In this document: one piece after another, positions 23,786-34,083 of the stretch | Layout: each line of letters starts with the position of its first letter | Numbering within the stretch: the first letter of the stretch is position 1 | From: Pseudomonadota bacterium | GTDB taxonomy: Bacteria; Pseudomonadota; Alphaproteobacteria; Caulobacterales; Parvularculaceae | Length of the DNA stretch: 64,000 nt | Direction of reading: 5' to 3' | Assembly (NCBI GenBank): GCA_039819545.1 | Contig: JBCBRS010000014.1 | Span: forward strand, 5,043-69,042 | Translations under genes and position numbers: made by a program | The notes under the pieces: model-generated | Databases searched by the model: none | The model's input: only the letters and a program-made list of their open reading frames with translations | Told to the model about the DNA's origin: nothing

Positions 23786-23980
23786 CGCAAACGACCCTTG
23801 CCCAGCAGACGCAGCCATGCGTTGACCGGCGTTGCGATACGCTTTCCACCGGCGGCAACGCATAATTTTGCGCCCCCTCGCCGCCAATGACCCGGACGAG
23901 GTTGTTTAGAAACAACGAAACATCGCCAAAATAATTGGGAAACGCCTCCCATCCATAATTTCGAAAGCAACTTGATTTTC

Positions 23981-24020
23981 TGGAGGCCACGGCCGGAATC
24001 GACCCCCCACACGCGAAGGC
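23981..24020. repeat. tRNA-Cys 3'-end duplicate (22 nt) fused to copy 2 of the 30-bp repeat
   Basis: TGGAGGCCACGGCCGGAATCGA is identical to 24088-24109. It continues as CCCCCCACACGCGAAGGC, matching 22971-22988. Confidence 0.7.
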
Positions 24021-24087
24021 GTGCATGAATATGAATCGCCGACGATAAAGTGCGATTGATCACCATTTTCAATCGGTATTGAAACGC

Positions 24088-24161
24088 TGGAGGCCACGGC
24101 CGGAATCGAACCGGCGTACACGGCTTTGCAGGCCGCTGCGTCACCACTCCGCCACGTGGCC
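24088..24161 (-). tRNA. tRNA-Cys (anticodon GCA)
   Basis: GGCCACG-TG-GCGG-AGTGGTGA-CGCA-G-CGGCC-TGCAAAG-CCGTG-TAC-GCCGG-TTCGATT-CCGGC-CGTGGCC-T-CCA. Confidence 0.85.
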
Positions 24162-24258
24162 ATGCCTTTAGACTGGTGCGATATCGTCCTTACGCACAAA
24201 GCGCGGGGAGGTCAAAGGCTGAAACACTGGGGTGAAGCAAAAATCGTGGCGGTTAGCG

Positions 24259-25344
24259 TCAGGCGGGGTATGCCCGATGGGGGGCAAAGGCAGCTGGGAT
24301 TGGGCCCGGCTCTGTGGCGCATAGCTGATCTGTGATGATGGCCGCGGTTTGCGGGGCCAGCAGGATGCCGTTGCGGTAATGACCGACGGCAAACAGGATT
24401 GATCGCGGGACGTGACCACTGTGTCCCAGATGGGGGTTGTGATCGGGCGTACCAGGACGCACACCGGCCCAACGATGATGCTCCGGCGCGTCGGCAAGCG
24501 CGGGTAGGATTGCAGTCGCCCGCCGCCGTAAATCATCAATCGTTCTGCGATCTATCGTTAGGCTTTCCTGCCCCCGCTCCTCGCTGGCGCCGATGATTAA
24601 CCGTCCATCTGTACGCGGACAGATATAGATTTCTCCGCACCGCACCACAGGAAATCGCGGTGGTAGAGCGTGTTCCAGCGCAAGCGCCACGCCTTTAACG
24701 GGTACGATTGGGGGAAAAGAAAAAGGTGTCTTGATCCGCGTGAGGCCAGCGCCGCTGGCAAGGATGACAGCACCAGCCTCATAGCGCTCACCGGTTTCGA
24801 TTTGTACGATAGCACTGGTATCGGTGGCGGCGGCAATATCGGTCACCCTTGCCATCGTCCAGTGACACGTCTCGAATTTTTTGAGAAGCCTTCGCAAAGC
24901 GCGTAATGTCAGTATGGGATCAATCTGCGCTTCGTGGCCCAGAAGCGCCGTATCAAAACCGTCGAGGTTGAGGGCAGGATAGGCGCCCGTTTGTTCGCTT
25001 GCCTCGCTGGCGCCAACCTTCCGATTGCCGCTCGGCGAAAGACTAAGCGTGCCATAGGGTCTGAAGTCGGGGTCGATCCCCGTTTGATCGTGAAGCCGTT
25101 CGGCGACGTGGGGCCAGGCACTGAGGCTTGCCATGCCCATCGTGCTTATAGCGGTTGGCGCGGTATCGGCGTTGTCAAACTCTGCCGATGGCGCCAGCAT
25201 TCCCGCAGCGCTGTGCGTTGCCGCTGGTAGACCATCACCGGCATCAATAATCCGCACACGCAAGGACTGCTTGCAAAGGGCGTCGGCGATGGCACAACCA
25301 ATAATGCCACCGCCGACAATGATAACGTCAGCGCGGGTATCCAT
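24259..25344 (-). CDS. FAD-dependent oxidoreductase (DAO family; glycine oxidase ThiO-like)
   Basis: N-terminal dinucleotide fold DVIIVGGGIIGCAIADAL. Length and C-terminal GHYRNGILLAP are typical of the DAO family. Confidence 0.7.
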   Translation of the reverse strand: MDTRADVIIVGGGIIGCAIADALCKQSLRVRIIDAGDGLPAATHSAAGMLAPSAEFDNADTAPTAISTMGMASLSAWPHVAERLHDQTGIDPDFRPYGTLSLSPSGNRKVGASEASEQTGAYPALNLDGFDTALLGHEAQIDPILTLRALRRLLKKFETCHWTMARVTDIAAATDTSAIVQIETGERYEAGAVILASGAGLTRIKTPFSFPPIVPVKGVALALEHALPPRFPVVRCGEIYICPRTDGRLIIGASEERGQESLTIDRRTIDDLRRRATAILPALADAPEHHRWAGVRPGTPDHNPHLGHSGHVPRSILFAVGHYRNGILLAPQTAAIITDQLCATEPGPIPAAFAPHRAYPA

Positions 25345-25406
25345 GGCGGGCGGTATAGATCACCGCCACGCGGACGCAACCCGGGCCCAGCGGCTCTGGC
25401 TATCCT

Positions 25407-26015
25407 TCACGAAGCACGCGGCTCGTCGGGGTCTTTTGGGCCCATAAGCGACATGAGTTTGGTCTTTTCTTTAGAGCCCGCTGACGAGCCAAAAAAGTAG
25501 TTGACCACTGCCGCTGTCATGGTCGCCAGGGCCCCCAGCATGATCGAAAATTCTGTCTCTGCCCCTTGTGGCAACTGGCGCGCCACCATGGCGCCCAGGA
25601 CCACAAAAAATCCGAAGATAACAAGCGCACCAATGACTGACGGGGTCCAGTCCTCCATCTCCCGCTGGTGTAGCCTGGCATTGGCGCGGTCTGCGGCGGC
25701 GATCCGCACGTGCTCCAGCGTTGTTTCTTGCAGCAGGCGTTGAAAATCGAGGTCAGCCTGGCGCAGCGCGATAATCTGCTCTGGTGTGGCGGTGGTCAGG
25801 GCAACAGCGATGTCATCTTCGCTGGCGCTTGCACTCCCAAAAAGAGCGCGGGAAATGCGTTCGACCGCTGCGCCGGCCAGTGGCCCGCCAAGGGCGTGGG
25901 CCAACTGCGGGGCGATACCGGTGAGGATGGCTTTGATCCGGCGCTTACGACGGCTTTTTTTGGGGATTGCCGCTGGATGGGCGGCATCATTTGTGGCGTT
26001 AGAATCAGTGGACAT
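25407..26015 (-). CDS. 3TM-type holin-like protein (GTA/phage holin family), orphan
   Basis: Start taken at MSTDSNAT. ALGGPLAGAAVERISRALFG...ATPEQIIALRQADLDFQRLLQE...AAADRANAR, followed by hydrophobic helices, matches my recollection of the holin-of-3TMs family. Confidence 0.55.
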   Translation of the reverse strand: MSTDSNATNDAAHPAAIPKKSRRKRRIKAILTGIAPQLAHALGGPLAGAAVERISRALFGSASASEDDIAVALTTATPEQIIALRQADLDFQRLLQETTLEHVRIAAADRANARLHQREMEDWTPSVIGALVIFGFFVVLGAMVARQLPQGAETEFSIMLGALATMTAAVVNYFFGSSAGSKEKTKLMSLMGPKDPDEPRAS

Positions 26016-26390
26016 GGATGGGTGTGCCTTCGGGTGGGGAAAACGAGATTTGACCACGCCCCCAACTGGACAAGGTCGGGATGGCGCGCCGGTGACCACC
26101 ATGACCCGGCGCAGACGGGACGGGGACAGTTATCCCCGTCTTTTTTTGGTGATTGGCTTGGTATTGGGGCAGGGTTCGCTCAGCACAGTGTTGCCCACAC
26201 CGCACGGCGGCGTACAAACAGTCTGACCCGACTTGCAAAAAATAAATTTGCATCGTTTGGCGGATCACCACATGATTCGACCATCGTTAAAGTTGATTGA
26301 TGCCGCGCGCCTCGCCCTTGATGCGTTATTTTGTAACGTGATGCGGGCTTTTGTTTTGAGCGTGCCGGTTGTGGTGAAGGGTCATAGTCT

Positions 26391-27548
26391 GTGTTGCGGT
26401 CACTTACACGCGCACCGTTGCTGCTCAGCGTGGTCGGGCTCCTTTTGCATTATGGACTGGCGGGGCTTAATTCCCTACCGGGGCTTGGGCTCGCCCTCTC
26501 GGCCCCCGCCGTCTGGGCATTCCTTGCTACCCTTGCCTTATCCGCACTCGTTTTTTCGGCGTCGATTCAGTTTCGGGTTAGCCGCCTTGGGATTCAATGC
26601 CCCGTCTCCTTTCGCCTGTGCTTTGGCGGCGCGCCGATTTTTCTTATCGCGTGCGGGTTATGCGCTTTTATTTTGATGCCGCAGTTGTCGTTGAGCGCGG
26701 CCTTTCTGCTTGGCGGGATTCTCATGCTGAATGGCTCCGCCTTTGACAGGCGGGCCATCGTCAACACACCAGCACCGGCACTGGTAAAAGCCGGCGTTCA
26801 ATTTGAAAGCGCAGTGGTGCTTTCCCTGGGGCTGCCCATTGCCGTTCTGTTGGCCGGCGGTGCCACGAACGCGGTTGCGGGGGAAGGGGCGCTGGCGCCG
26901 CTTCTGCGGGCAAGCCTGTCCGTGCTCGCTGCGTTTGCCATTGGCGGCACTTTCGGCCTGGTGGCGGCTCTCATCGGGAACCGGTTCCGACGCGGGCACG
27001 GCTTTGCCGTGTCGATCGTTGCCGTGCTGATCGCAGTTCCCGCCACGTGGCTGCTCGGCGGTCACCCGATTGTTGCGGCGGGCGCCACAGGCCTGATTTG
27101 GGCGGAACAGGCGCGGACCCCGCATCAACCGCGGCTGCGTCATCGCTTGCGGACGGAACGCCTCGTGATGCCACTGACATATTTTCTCGTCGGATTTGTG
27201 CTCGGCCCGCGCCTGTTCAATGCGGATCTCTTGATGATCACTTTTGCCCTAGCCATGGTGACCATCATGCGGGTGTTGCCACGCCTCGCCGCCTTACAAA
27301 GTGCAACCCTGCCCCGTCAGGCTCAGTTCTTCTTGTCCTGGTTCGGTGGCACGCCCGGCGTCGCCTCAGCGCTCTTTCTTGTCACTTTGCTCGATCAAAG
27401 CAATCTAATGGATCAGGAATTGATTCTGACCCTAGGCACTGTGTGTGTGGTAACGGGCATTTTCACCGCGCGCCTAACCGCCCAGCCGTTGGCTCACCAT
27501 TATCTGCGGGGTATGGGTGTCGTGCGCGAACGCGAATTCATGGCCTAA
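26391..27548 (+). CDS. Polytopic membrane protein, cation/proton antiporter-like
   Basis: About 10-11 hydrophobic helices across 385 aa. Only a general resemblance to Na+/H+ exchanger family proteins; no sharp motif seen. Confidence 0.45.
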   Translation: MLRSLTRAPLLLSVVGLLLHYGLAGLNSLPGLGLALSAPAVWAFLATLALSALVFSASIQFRVSRLGIQCPVSFRLCFGGAPIFLIACGLCAFILMPQLSLSAAFLLGGILMLNGSAFDRRAIVNTPAPALVKAGVQFESAVVLSLGLPIAVLLAGGATNAVAGEGALAPLLRASLSVLAAFAIGGTFGLVAALIGNRFRRGHGFAVSIVAVLIAVPATWLLGGHPIVAAGATGLIWAEQARTPHQPRLRHRLRTERLVMPLTYFLVGFVLGPRLFNADLLMITFALAMVTIMRVLPRLAALQSATLPRQAQFFLSWFGGTPGVASALFLVTLLDQSNLMDQELILTLGTVCVVTGIFTARLTAQPLAHHYLRGMGVVREREFMA

Positions 27549-27744
27549 TTGCGCGATTACGGCATCGGGCGAACGCCACCCACTCCCTTTCGCGCTCGAC
27601 ATTTTTGTGAAGAAATTCTTTTTTCCGCGCGGGGATTAAGGTATCTCCTGTCGCTTGCGGGACAGCCAGCCACCATCATGGCTCGGCGCTCGCCATGAAA
27701 AGGGGTGACGAGCCCCGTTGAAACCCGATTGACAGGATGCGTTC

Positions 27745-30162
27745 GTGACATCGCGTGCAGCCCCCCAAACGCCTTCTGGCGATCCGCAAGCGGAGCAAGA
27801 CAGTGCTGACGAGGCCGCCCACGATGCTATTATGAATGGTGAGTTGAGCGACGAAGATGCATTAGCGCTGAGCGCTGATCCCTCTACGGACGATGACCGC
27901 CATGTTGCGGCAGTGCGCGGTCCCTCCGGTCCCGAGGCCAATCACCAGGAATGGCTGGCAACCTCGCGAGCGCGTTTTGCCTTATCGGGCCGGTTTGAAG
28001 GCGGCGAGCGCGACTGGCACGGCATGTCGCGACAGGTCTGGCAGCTTGCACGCCTGTGCGCTGGATTTTTGTTTTTTGCCATGCTGGTGGGTTGGCCGCT
28101 CGGTAGCTATCTTGCGCATCGCGATTTGACCGGCTCCGGTGCTGGTTGGTCATTGTTGGGCGCTTATCCTGCTGGGCTAATTTTGTTTGCGGTTGTGGTG
28201 CCCATGTTGGTGCTTTTTGCCGGCTATGTGCTTTCGCGGGCCATGACGACGGCCCAGGCCGGTGAAGCCATCGCCGATGCAGCGCGCTATTATGTGGAGC
28301 CTGATACGGCCGCCCTGCGCGAGGTGGAAACCGTAGGCACAGCCGTCCGTGCCCAGATGGATGTGCTCAACACTGGTCTCAATACCGCTCTGATGCGTCT
28401 TGCCGAAGTGGAAGCGATGATCCGCACCCATGTGGACGCCATCGAAAAAGCGGGCAGCGTTATGGAGACGAAAGCGAGCAATGCCGTTGACAAGGTTGCA
28501 ACCGAACGCTCGCGGCTGATGGATTTGACCGAAACACTTAATCTGCGTGCCGATGACTTTGCGCAAGCGATTGCCGTGCGGACCGAGGCAAATATTGCGG
28601 CGCTGGAAAAAGCTGACAGCACGGCCAGCCAGAGCGAAGCGCAGTTTGCCGAGCGCCTTGATGGGCTTGAGCAGGCCGCTGGCAGTGCGCTGTCTAGTTT
28701 CCAGACCCTTGTGGATGCTCTCGGCGGGGCTGATAATCAAATCAAATCGGGTACGGCGGCGTTGCACTCTTCAACCGAGCGCGCCAAAGCCCTCGGCGAA
28801 GAAGCCAAGGCTAACACCCGCGCAGCCATCGACCAGACGGTGATTGACGAGGCCGCCCGCGCGAACCTCGATACGGTCAAACAGGCCGTCAGCATCGCGA
28901 CACAGGCCAGTAGCGATGAAGCCATTGCCCTTGCCCAGGCCGAAGCCACGCGCATTGCCGAGGCCGCCGTTAAGTCAGCCGAGGCACAGATTGAAAAAAT
29001 CGCGCAGCAGGCTGGCGACACAATTGAGACCACCGCAGCGCAAGCAACTGAAGCGGCGCGCACCCGCAGACTGGCGCTGACCGAGGCGCATGCGGAACTT
29101 GAAGAAGAAAATGCCCGGCTGGAAAAGCTCATTGATGAACAGCAAAAGCGCGCTGAACGGCTCGCGCAGACAATCGCCTTGCAAACTGAAAGACTAACGG
29201 CCGCCGCAAAAGCCATACCGGATATTGAGGCCGTCACCGCTGCACGATCGGCCGTTGAAGCGCCCAACACTGTCCTGCGGAATGAAGGAAACCGCACAGC
29301 CGCCAATGGTGCAGGTGCGCAAGGGATTGAACACGGTTCCCAATCCTCAAAGACGTCTGGCAGTGAAGAAAAACCGCGCCCCTTACGGTGGCGTTTCGGC
29401 GATAAGGAACCGCGTGAGGGTGAACCCGCGCCCGAGGTGCAAGCCGATGACCTTCAGGCCGCCGCGGCAAGCGAACCGGCCCCGGTTCTGTTGGAAGCTG
29501 AACAGCCGGTTCAAACGCCGCGTGAAGATTTGGAGCGGTTGGGTGAACTGGCGCGCGATCTTGCTGAACGACGCGATACGCGGCGCGCCAATGGCGGTGA
29601 CACACCCCCATCAGGGTCAAGGCAACGCGCCAACAAGGGCTTTGGCTCCAAAAGCTGGAAGGATATTCTTGCTGCCGCCGATGGCGCACAACCGCTCGAT
29701 TTACGCGACCAGAAGGTCGATGATCAGCACACAGAAAATACGCAAGTGGAAACGGACCCGGCATCCGAAAAACCTGCTGTGCAACCGGCCATGTCAGACG
29801 CTGAAGTGCGGGCAATCACGGTGATTGAGCGCCTCCAGCATTTTACCAGAGTGCTTGATTCGCGGCTCTATGGCGCATCGCCCCCGGGCCTGATTGCCCG
29901 ATTTGAAAAGGGTGATCGCAATGTGTTTGCCAATCGTCTGTTAAGGCTGAACGAAGGTGATGTGAAAAAACGCATTCGTCTGGAGTGCGCCAAAGACCGC
30001 CAGTTTGAGCGCGACATCCGCCGTTTTCTCAGTGACTTTGACGGTCTTCTTGAAGAAGCAGCACAGTCAGACTTTGTAGATGACGAGCTTCGCGAATATC
30101 TTGGTTCGCCGCTTGGGCGCATGTATCTGCTCATTGGCGAAATTGTTGGTTATTTTGCCTGA
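27745..30162 (+). CDS. Membrane-anchored long coiled-coil protein (805 aa) with a conserved-looking C-terminal domain
   Basis: Two N-terminal TM helices (LCAGFLFFAMLVGWPLG, LILFAVVVPMLVLFAGYVL), about 400 aa of Ala/Glu/Gln-rich heptad sequence, an acidic/Pro linker and a globular C-terminus (RLYGASPPGLIARFEKGDRNVFANRLL). Confidence 0.6.
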   Translation: MTSRAAPQTPSGDPQAEQDSADEAAHDAIMNGELSDEDALALSADPSTDDDRHVAAVRGPSGPEANHQEWLATSRARFALSGRFEGGERDWHGMSRQVWQLARLCAGFLFFAMLVGWPLGSYLAHRDLTGSGAGWSLLGAYPAGLILFAVVVPMLVLFAGYVLSRAMTTAQAGEAIADAARYYVEPDTAALREVETVGTAVRAQMDVLNTGLNTALMRLAEVEAMIRTHVDAIEKAGSVMETKASNAVDKVATERSRLMDLTETLNLRADDFAQAIAVRTEANIAALEKADSTASQSEAQFAERLDGLEQAAGSALSSFQTLVDALGGADNQIKSGTAALHSSTERAKALGEEAKANTRAAIDQTVIDEAARANLDTVKQAVSIATQASSDEAIALAQAEATRIAEAAVKSAEAQIEKIAQQAGDTIETTAAQATEAARTRRLALTEAHAELEEENARLEKLIDEQQKRAERLAQTIALQTERLTAAAKAIPDIEAVTAARSAVEAPNTVLRNEGNRTAANGAGAQGIEHGSQSSKTSGSEEKPRPLRWRFGDKEPREGEPAPEVQADDLQAAAASEPAPVLLEAEQPVQTPREDLERLGELARDLAERRDTRRANGGDTPPSGSRQRANKGFGSKSWKDILAAADGAQPLDLRDQKVDDQHTENTQVETDPASEKPAVQPAMSDAEVRAITVIERLQHFTRVLDSRLYGASPPGLIARFEKGDRNVFANRLLRLNEGDVKKRIRLECAKDRQFERDIRRFLSDFDGLLEEAAQSDFVDDELREYLGSPLGRMYLLIGEIVGYFA

Positions 30163-30201
30163 TGCCTCAGGGCATTGGGCGTTCATCCGGACCCGGACAT
30201 C

Positions 30202-30732
30202 ATGACTGATCTCAAAGACCTTATCCGCACTATTCCTGATTATCCAAAACCGGGGATCATGTTTCGCGACATCACGACCTTATTGAGTGATGCGCGCGGG
30301 TTCCGCCGTCTCGTGGATGAAATGGTCCAACCGCTTGCGGGTGAAAAAATCGATAAGGTTGCTGGGATAGAGGCGCGCGGCTTTATTCTCGGCGGGGCGA
30401 TTGCCCACCAACTGAGTGTCGGGTTTATCCCGGTACGGAAAAAAGGTAAATTGCCGTTCGAGACCTTCAGTCAGGCCTATGAGCTTGAATATGGCACGGA
30501 TGCGGTTGAGATTCACACTGATGCGATTGAAGCTGGCGAGCGGGTGTTGTTGGTAGATGATCTCATTGCTACGGGCGGGACCGCTATTGCGGCGATACAG
30601 CTGTTAGAACGCGCGGGCGCGCAAGTTGAGCTGTGCTCATTTGTGGTTGACCTGCCCGATCTTGGCGGTGCGCAAAAGCTGCGCCAGCTTGGTCATGCGA
30701 TTAGTACGCTGATTGACTTTGAGGGGCATTAG
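30202..30732 (+). CDS. apt: Adenine phosphoribosyltransferase
   Basis: [18 protein letters not shown] and the PRPP-binding loop [14 protein letters not shown]. Confidence 0.9.
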   Translation: MTDLKDLIRTIPDYPKPGIMFRDITTLLSDARGFRRLVDEMVQPLAGEKIDKVAGIEARGFILGGAIAHQLSVGFIPVRKKGKLPFETFSQAYELEYGTDAVEIHTDAIEAGERVLLVDDLIATGGTAIAAIQLLERAGAQVELCSFVVDLPDLGGAQKLRQLGHAISTLIDFEGH

Positions 30733-31840
30733 GATCCTGCGCGGACCGCGATGCTAGAAGGCGTCTCGACCACGCGATCAACGGTTTTTCCACATAGAGA
30801 TGGGTGACGGCTGTTGCGGCAAAGGTTGCCACACAAAAGGCGACGATCAACACGCCATTATCCAGAAGACCTGGCCCGGTAAAGCGGCCAATCAGTTTGC
30901 CCACCACCAGAAAAACCGGAATATGGACAAGATAAAGCGCATAGGATGCATCGCCTAGTGCACCGGCCCACCGAGGAACCTGCCAGTCTAACCGCCATTC
31001 AAGCCCCACGGCTGCGTAGACAAGAAGCGCAAACGGCATGGCAAAAATCAGCGTACGGATACCGTGGTTCGTCACCGCATCGGGGAAGAGCGCGCCGCCC
31101 AAGGGCCCCAACAGGCAGACGAGCCAGCATAGAGCGATCACCAGCACCGGCCCGGCATGGTGCGTAATGCCCTTGAGGGTCAAGAACGCAACCGCCGCAC
31201 CCAGAAGAAACTCGTAGGTCAGGGGACTGACGATCACCATTGTCCACGCGTTTGTCGTATGCAAACCGGCGCCGTAGGCAATTCCAATTCCCGCACCCCA
31301 TAAAAGCAGAACGCCTGGTAACACCCGTAAGGGCAAAAGAAGAGCCAGCGCCATAACGAGGTAGAAATACATCTCGTGGATCAGTGTCCAGCCCACGGGC
31401 ACGATGGGCAGTGCATCGGCGGGGAACAACAAAAAGGCGCGCACGGGCGCATGCAGCGGCGTCGCTTCGCCAAAGAGCACGTATTTACCGCCATAAAGCA
31501 GCAGCAAGAGCGCGGTCACGAACCAGTAAAACGGATAAATACGGCTGATACGCCGCGTTAAAAACTTCAACGCCATCTGCCGCCTGAGTGCGGAGGAGGT
31601 TTTGCCAGAATTTGAAAACTGAGAAGCAGGCCAGGTCACATAGACCATCACAAAGCCAGAAATCACAAAAAAAAGATCAACCCCAGTGACGCCAATCTCC
31701 AGAAAGGACGGCAGGAGGGTTTGAGGCCCGCCGCCATAATCACGCTCGCTGCCCACCAGATGGGCCACAAAGACAAGCAGAGCCGCCAGACCACGCAGAC
31801 CCTGAATATTCGTGATTTTGCCGGGCGCGGATTGTGTCAT
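30701..31840 (-). CDS. Acyltransferase family 3 membrane protein (OafA-like)
   Basis: [18 protein letters not shown] at the N-terminus and about 10 TM helices. Confidence 0.75.
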   Translation of the reverse strand: MTQSAPGKITNIQGLRGLAALLVFVAHLVGSERDYGGGPQTLLPSFLEIGVTGVDLFFVISGFVMVYVTWPASQFSNSGKTSSALRRQMALKFLTRRISRIYPFYWFVTALLLLLYGGKYVLFGEATPLHAPVRAFLLFPADALPIVPVGWTLIHEMYFYLVMALALLLPLRVLPGVLLLWGAGIGIAYGAGLHTTNAWTMVIVSPLTYEFLLGAAVAFLTLKGITHHAGPVLVIALCWLVCLLGPLGGALFPDAVTNHGIRTLIFAMPFALLVYAAVGLEWRLDWQVPRWAGALGDASYALYLVHIPVFLVVGKLIGRFTGPGLLDNGVLIVAFCVATFAATAVTHLYVEKPLIAWSRRLLASRSAQDPNAPQSQSAY

Positions 31841-31885
31841 AGGCTGACGGGACTTGTCTGGCGATGATGGAGAGAGGGGATCGCG

Positions 31886-33385
31886 ATGGATTTTCTAATG
31901 ACTGCAACCATACCGGTGCTCAACGCTCTGGCCACATTTTTTATCGTGGTCGTGGGGCTGGGAGTTCTGACTTTCTTGTTTCTTTTCATCTCGGACCGAA
32001 CCCAATCGCGGGATGCAATCCGCCACAACTATCCGGTTATTGGCCGTTTCCGGGACCTGTTTACCCATCTAGGGGAGTTTTTCCGGCAGTATTTCTTTGC
32101 CCTTGATCGCGAGGAAATGCCCTTTAATCGGGCGGAGCGGGATTGGATTTATAAGTCCGCCAAGGGCCGCAATAATACGGTGCCATTTGGGTCAACGCGT
32201 AACCTTTCCCTTGCGGGCACGCCCATCTTCGTGAATTGCGCCTTTCCGAAACTTGATGACGAGGCGCTTAATCCGCCCGCTGTCCGGTTTGGTCCGTATA
32301 CGCCAAACCCCTATGATGCGGCGTCAATCATCAACATTTCGGGCATGAGTTATGGGGCGCTGTCAAAGCCGGCCGTTAAGGCGCTGTCGCATGGGGCAGC
32401 GAAAGCCGGTTGCTGGATGAATACGGGCGAGGGCGGCCTGTCGCCCTACCACTTATCCGGCGGAGCAGATATTGTGTTTCAGATTGGCACGGCAAAATAT
32501 GGTGTGCGCCACGAGGATGGCCGCCTTTCCGATCAAAAACTGGCTGAGCTGGCGAATCGGCCAGAGGTCAAAATGATCGAGATTAAAATGGCCCAGGGCG
32601 CCAAACCCGGAAAAGGTGGTATTCTGCCTGCGGAAAAAGTGAATGCTGAAGTGGCGAAGATTCGCGGGATTAAAAAGAACGCACCCTCGATCTCGCCGAA
32701 CCGCCACCCAGAAGTGGATTCCATTGGCGATCTTCTGGATTTTATTGACCATGTCCGCACCGTATCGCGGTTGCCTGTCGGGATTAAGACGGTCATCGGC
32801 GCCTATGGTTGGCTTTATGAGCTCTGTGATGAAATCGAAAAGCGCGGCGTTGAGTTTGCGCCCGACTTTATCACGGTTGACGGTGGCGACGGCGGTACAG
32901 GGGCGGCCCCCATGTCGCTTATGGATAATGTGGGTCTACCTCTGAAGCAGGCTTTGCCCATGGTGGTGGATATCCTCAACCGGCGGGGGATGAAGGATCG
33001 AATCAAAGTTGTCGCGTCGGGTAAGCTTGTTACACCGGCAGAGGTCGCATGGGCGTATTGCGCTGGCGCGGATATCGCACTCACGGCGCGCGGTTTCATG
33101 TTCTCGCTTGGCTGTATTCAGGCCATGAGATGCCACACCAACAATTGCCCCACCGGTGTGACCACCCATAAAAAACACCTTCAAGGCGGGCTCGATCCGA
33201 AGGTAAAAGCTGAAAACGTGGCTCGGTATGTGGAAAAAATGCGGAAGGACGTGGCAATGATTGCCCATTCCTGTGGGGCCGATCACGCCCGCAACCTGCA
33301 GCGCCACCATGTGCGGATCGTCCAGTCTGACGGGCAATCCATCCCGCTCGATGAACTGCTGATGCGCAACGAGCCGATTATGTGA
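31886..33385 (+). CDS. FMN-binding glutamate synthase family protein (GltB domain-2-like) with an N-terminal TM helix
   Basis: ISGMSYGALS, MAQGAKPGKGGILP and TVDGGDGGTGAAP are signature segments of the family. Confidence 0.8.
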   Translation: MDFLMTATIPVLNALATFFIVVVGLGVLTFLFLFISDRTQSRDAIRHNYPVIGRFRDLFTHLGEFFRQYFFALDREEMPFNRAERDWIYKSAKGRNNTVPFGSTRNLSLAGTPIFVNCAFPKLDDEALNPPAVRFGPYTPNPYDAASIINISGMSYGALSKPAVKALSHGAAKAGCWMNTGEGGLSPYHLSGGADIVFQIGTAKYGVRHEDGRLSDQKLAELANRPEVKMIEIKMAQGAKPGKGGILPAEKVNAEVAKIRGIKKNAPSISPNRHPEVDSIGDLLDFIDHVRTVSRLPVGIKTVIGAYGWLYELCDEIEKRGVEFAPDFITVDGGDGGTGAAPMSLMDNVGLPLKQALPMVVDILNRRGMKDRIKVVASGKLVTPAEVAWAYCAGADIALTARGFMFSLGCIQAMRCHTNNCPTGVTTHKKHLQGGLDPKVKAENVARYVEKMRKDVAMIAHSCGADHARNLQRHHVRIVQSDGQSIPLDELLMRNEPIM

Positions 33386-33468
33386 GGGCAGTGCAGTACC
33401 CGCTCAGACATAACGAAAGAGTGCAAAAGCCTCGGTAAAAAGTGGCAAAGATGATAAGGCCCTGAGAC

Positions 33469-34026
33469 TTAGTTCATCCGCTTGCGCAGATCCGCAATCG
33501 ATTTCTCAATCAGGGCGTTCTGGGCACCGCTATCCATACGCTCATCGATGATGGTGCGCGCAGCGGCGATGGCAACGTCCGTCGTCTGATTACGCACATC
33601 TGCAATTGCCTGAGCTTCCGCGCGGGCGATTTTTTCTTCCGCAGACTTTGCGCGGCGCTCAAGCTGATCGTTGATTTTCTGGCGTGCTTCGCGGCCCATG
33701 CGGTCAGCATCACGTTTGGCTTGCTCAATAATGCCTTTGGCCTCGTCTTCGGCCTCGCGCTGGCGGCGCTGATATTGGGCGAGCAACTCCTGTGCTTCCT
33801 CGCGCAGACGGCGGGCCTCATCAAGCTCATCGGAGATTTTCTCCTTACGCTGATCAAGCATCCCGGCTACCGTTTTGTGGACACCAAGGCGCCAGAAGAT
33901 CCCGATGACGGCAAGAAAACCGATACTGACCCAGAAGGTTGTATCCTGCAGCAAGCCAGTGGAATGGCCAGCTTCACCGGCGGCCTCGTCGGCAGCAATC
34001 ACCAGAAAGCTCACAGGGCTCCACAT
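33469..34026 (-). CDS. atpF: F0F1 ATP synthase subunit b
   Basis: N-terminal TM helix, then a long charged helix (DEARRLREEAQELLAQYQRRQREAEDEAK). Last gene of the F0 operon. Confidence 0.85.
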   Translation of the reverse strand: MWSPVSFLVIAADEAAGEAGHSTGLLQDTTFWVSIGFLAVIGIFWRLGVHKTVAGMLDQRKEKISDELDEARRLREEAQELLAQYQRRQREAEDEAKGIIEQAKRDADRMGREARQKINDQLERRAKSAEEKIARAEAQAIADVRNQTTDVAIAAARTIIDERMDSGAQNALIEKSIADLRKRMN

Positions 34027-34083
34027 AAAATCGCCTTTAAGGTTGGTCGTTTCTGGGCGTGCGGTGGTGCCGCGGGCCCCGGC

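Noticed and set aside
28177-29824. ORFs 28177..28767 (-), 28737..29306 (-), 29225..29824 (+) and 29234..29815 (-)
   Set aside because: They lie inside the Ala/Glu-rich coiled-coil gene. Repetitive GC-rich codons keep several frames open.
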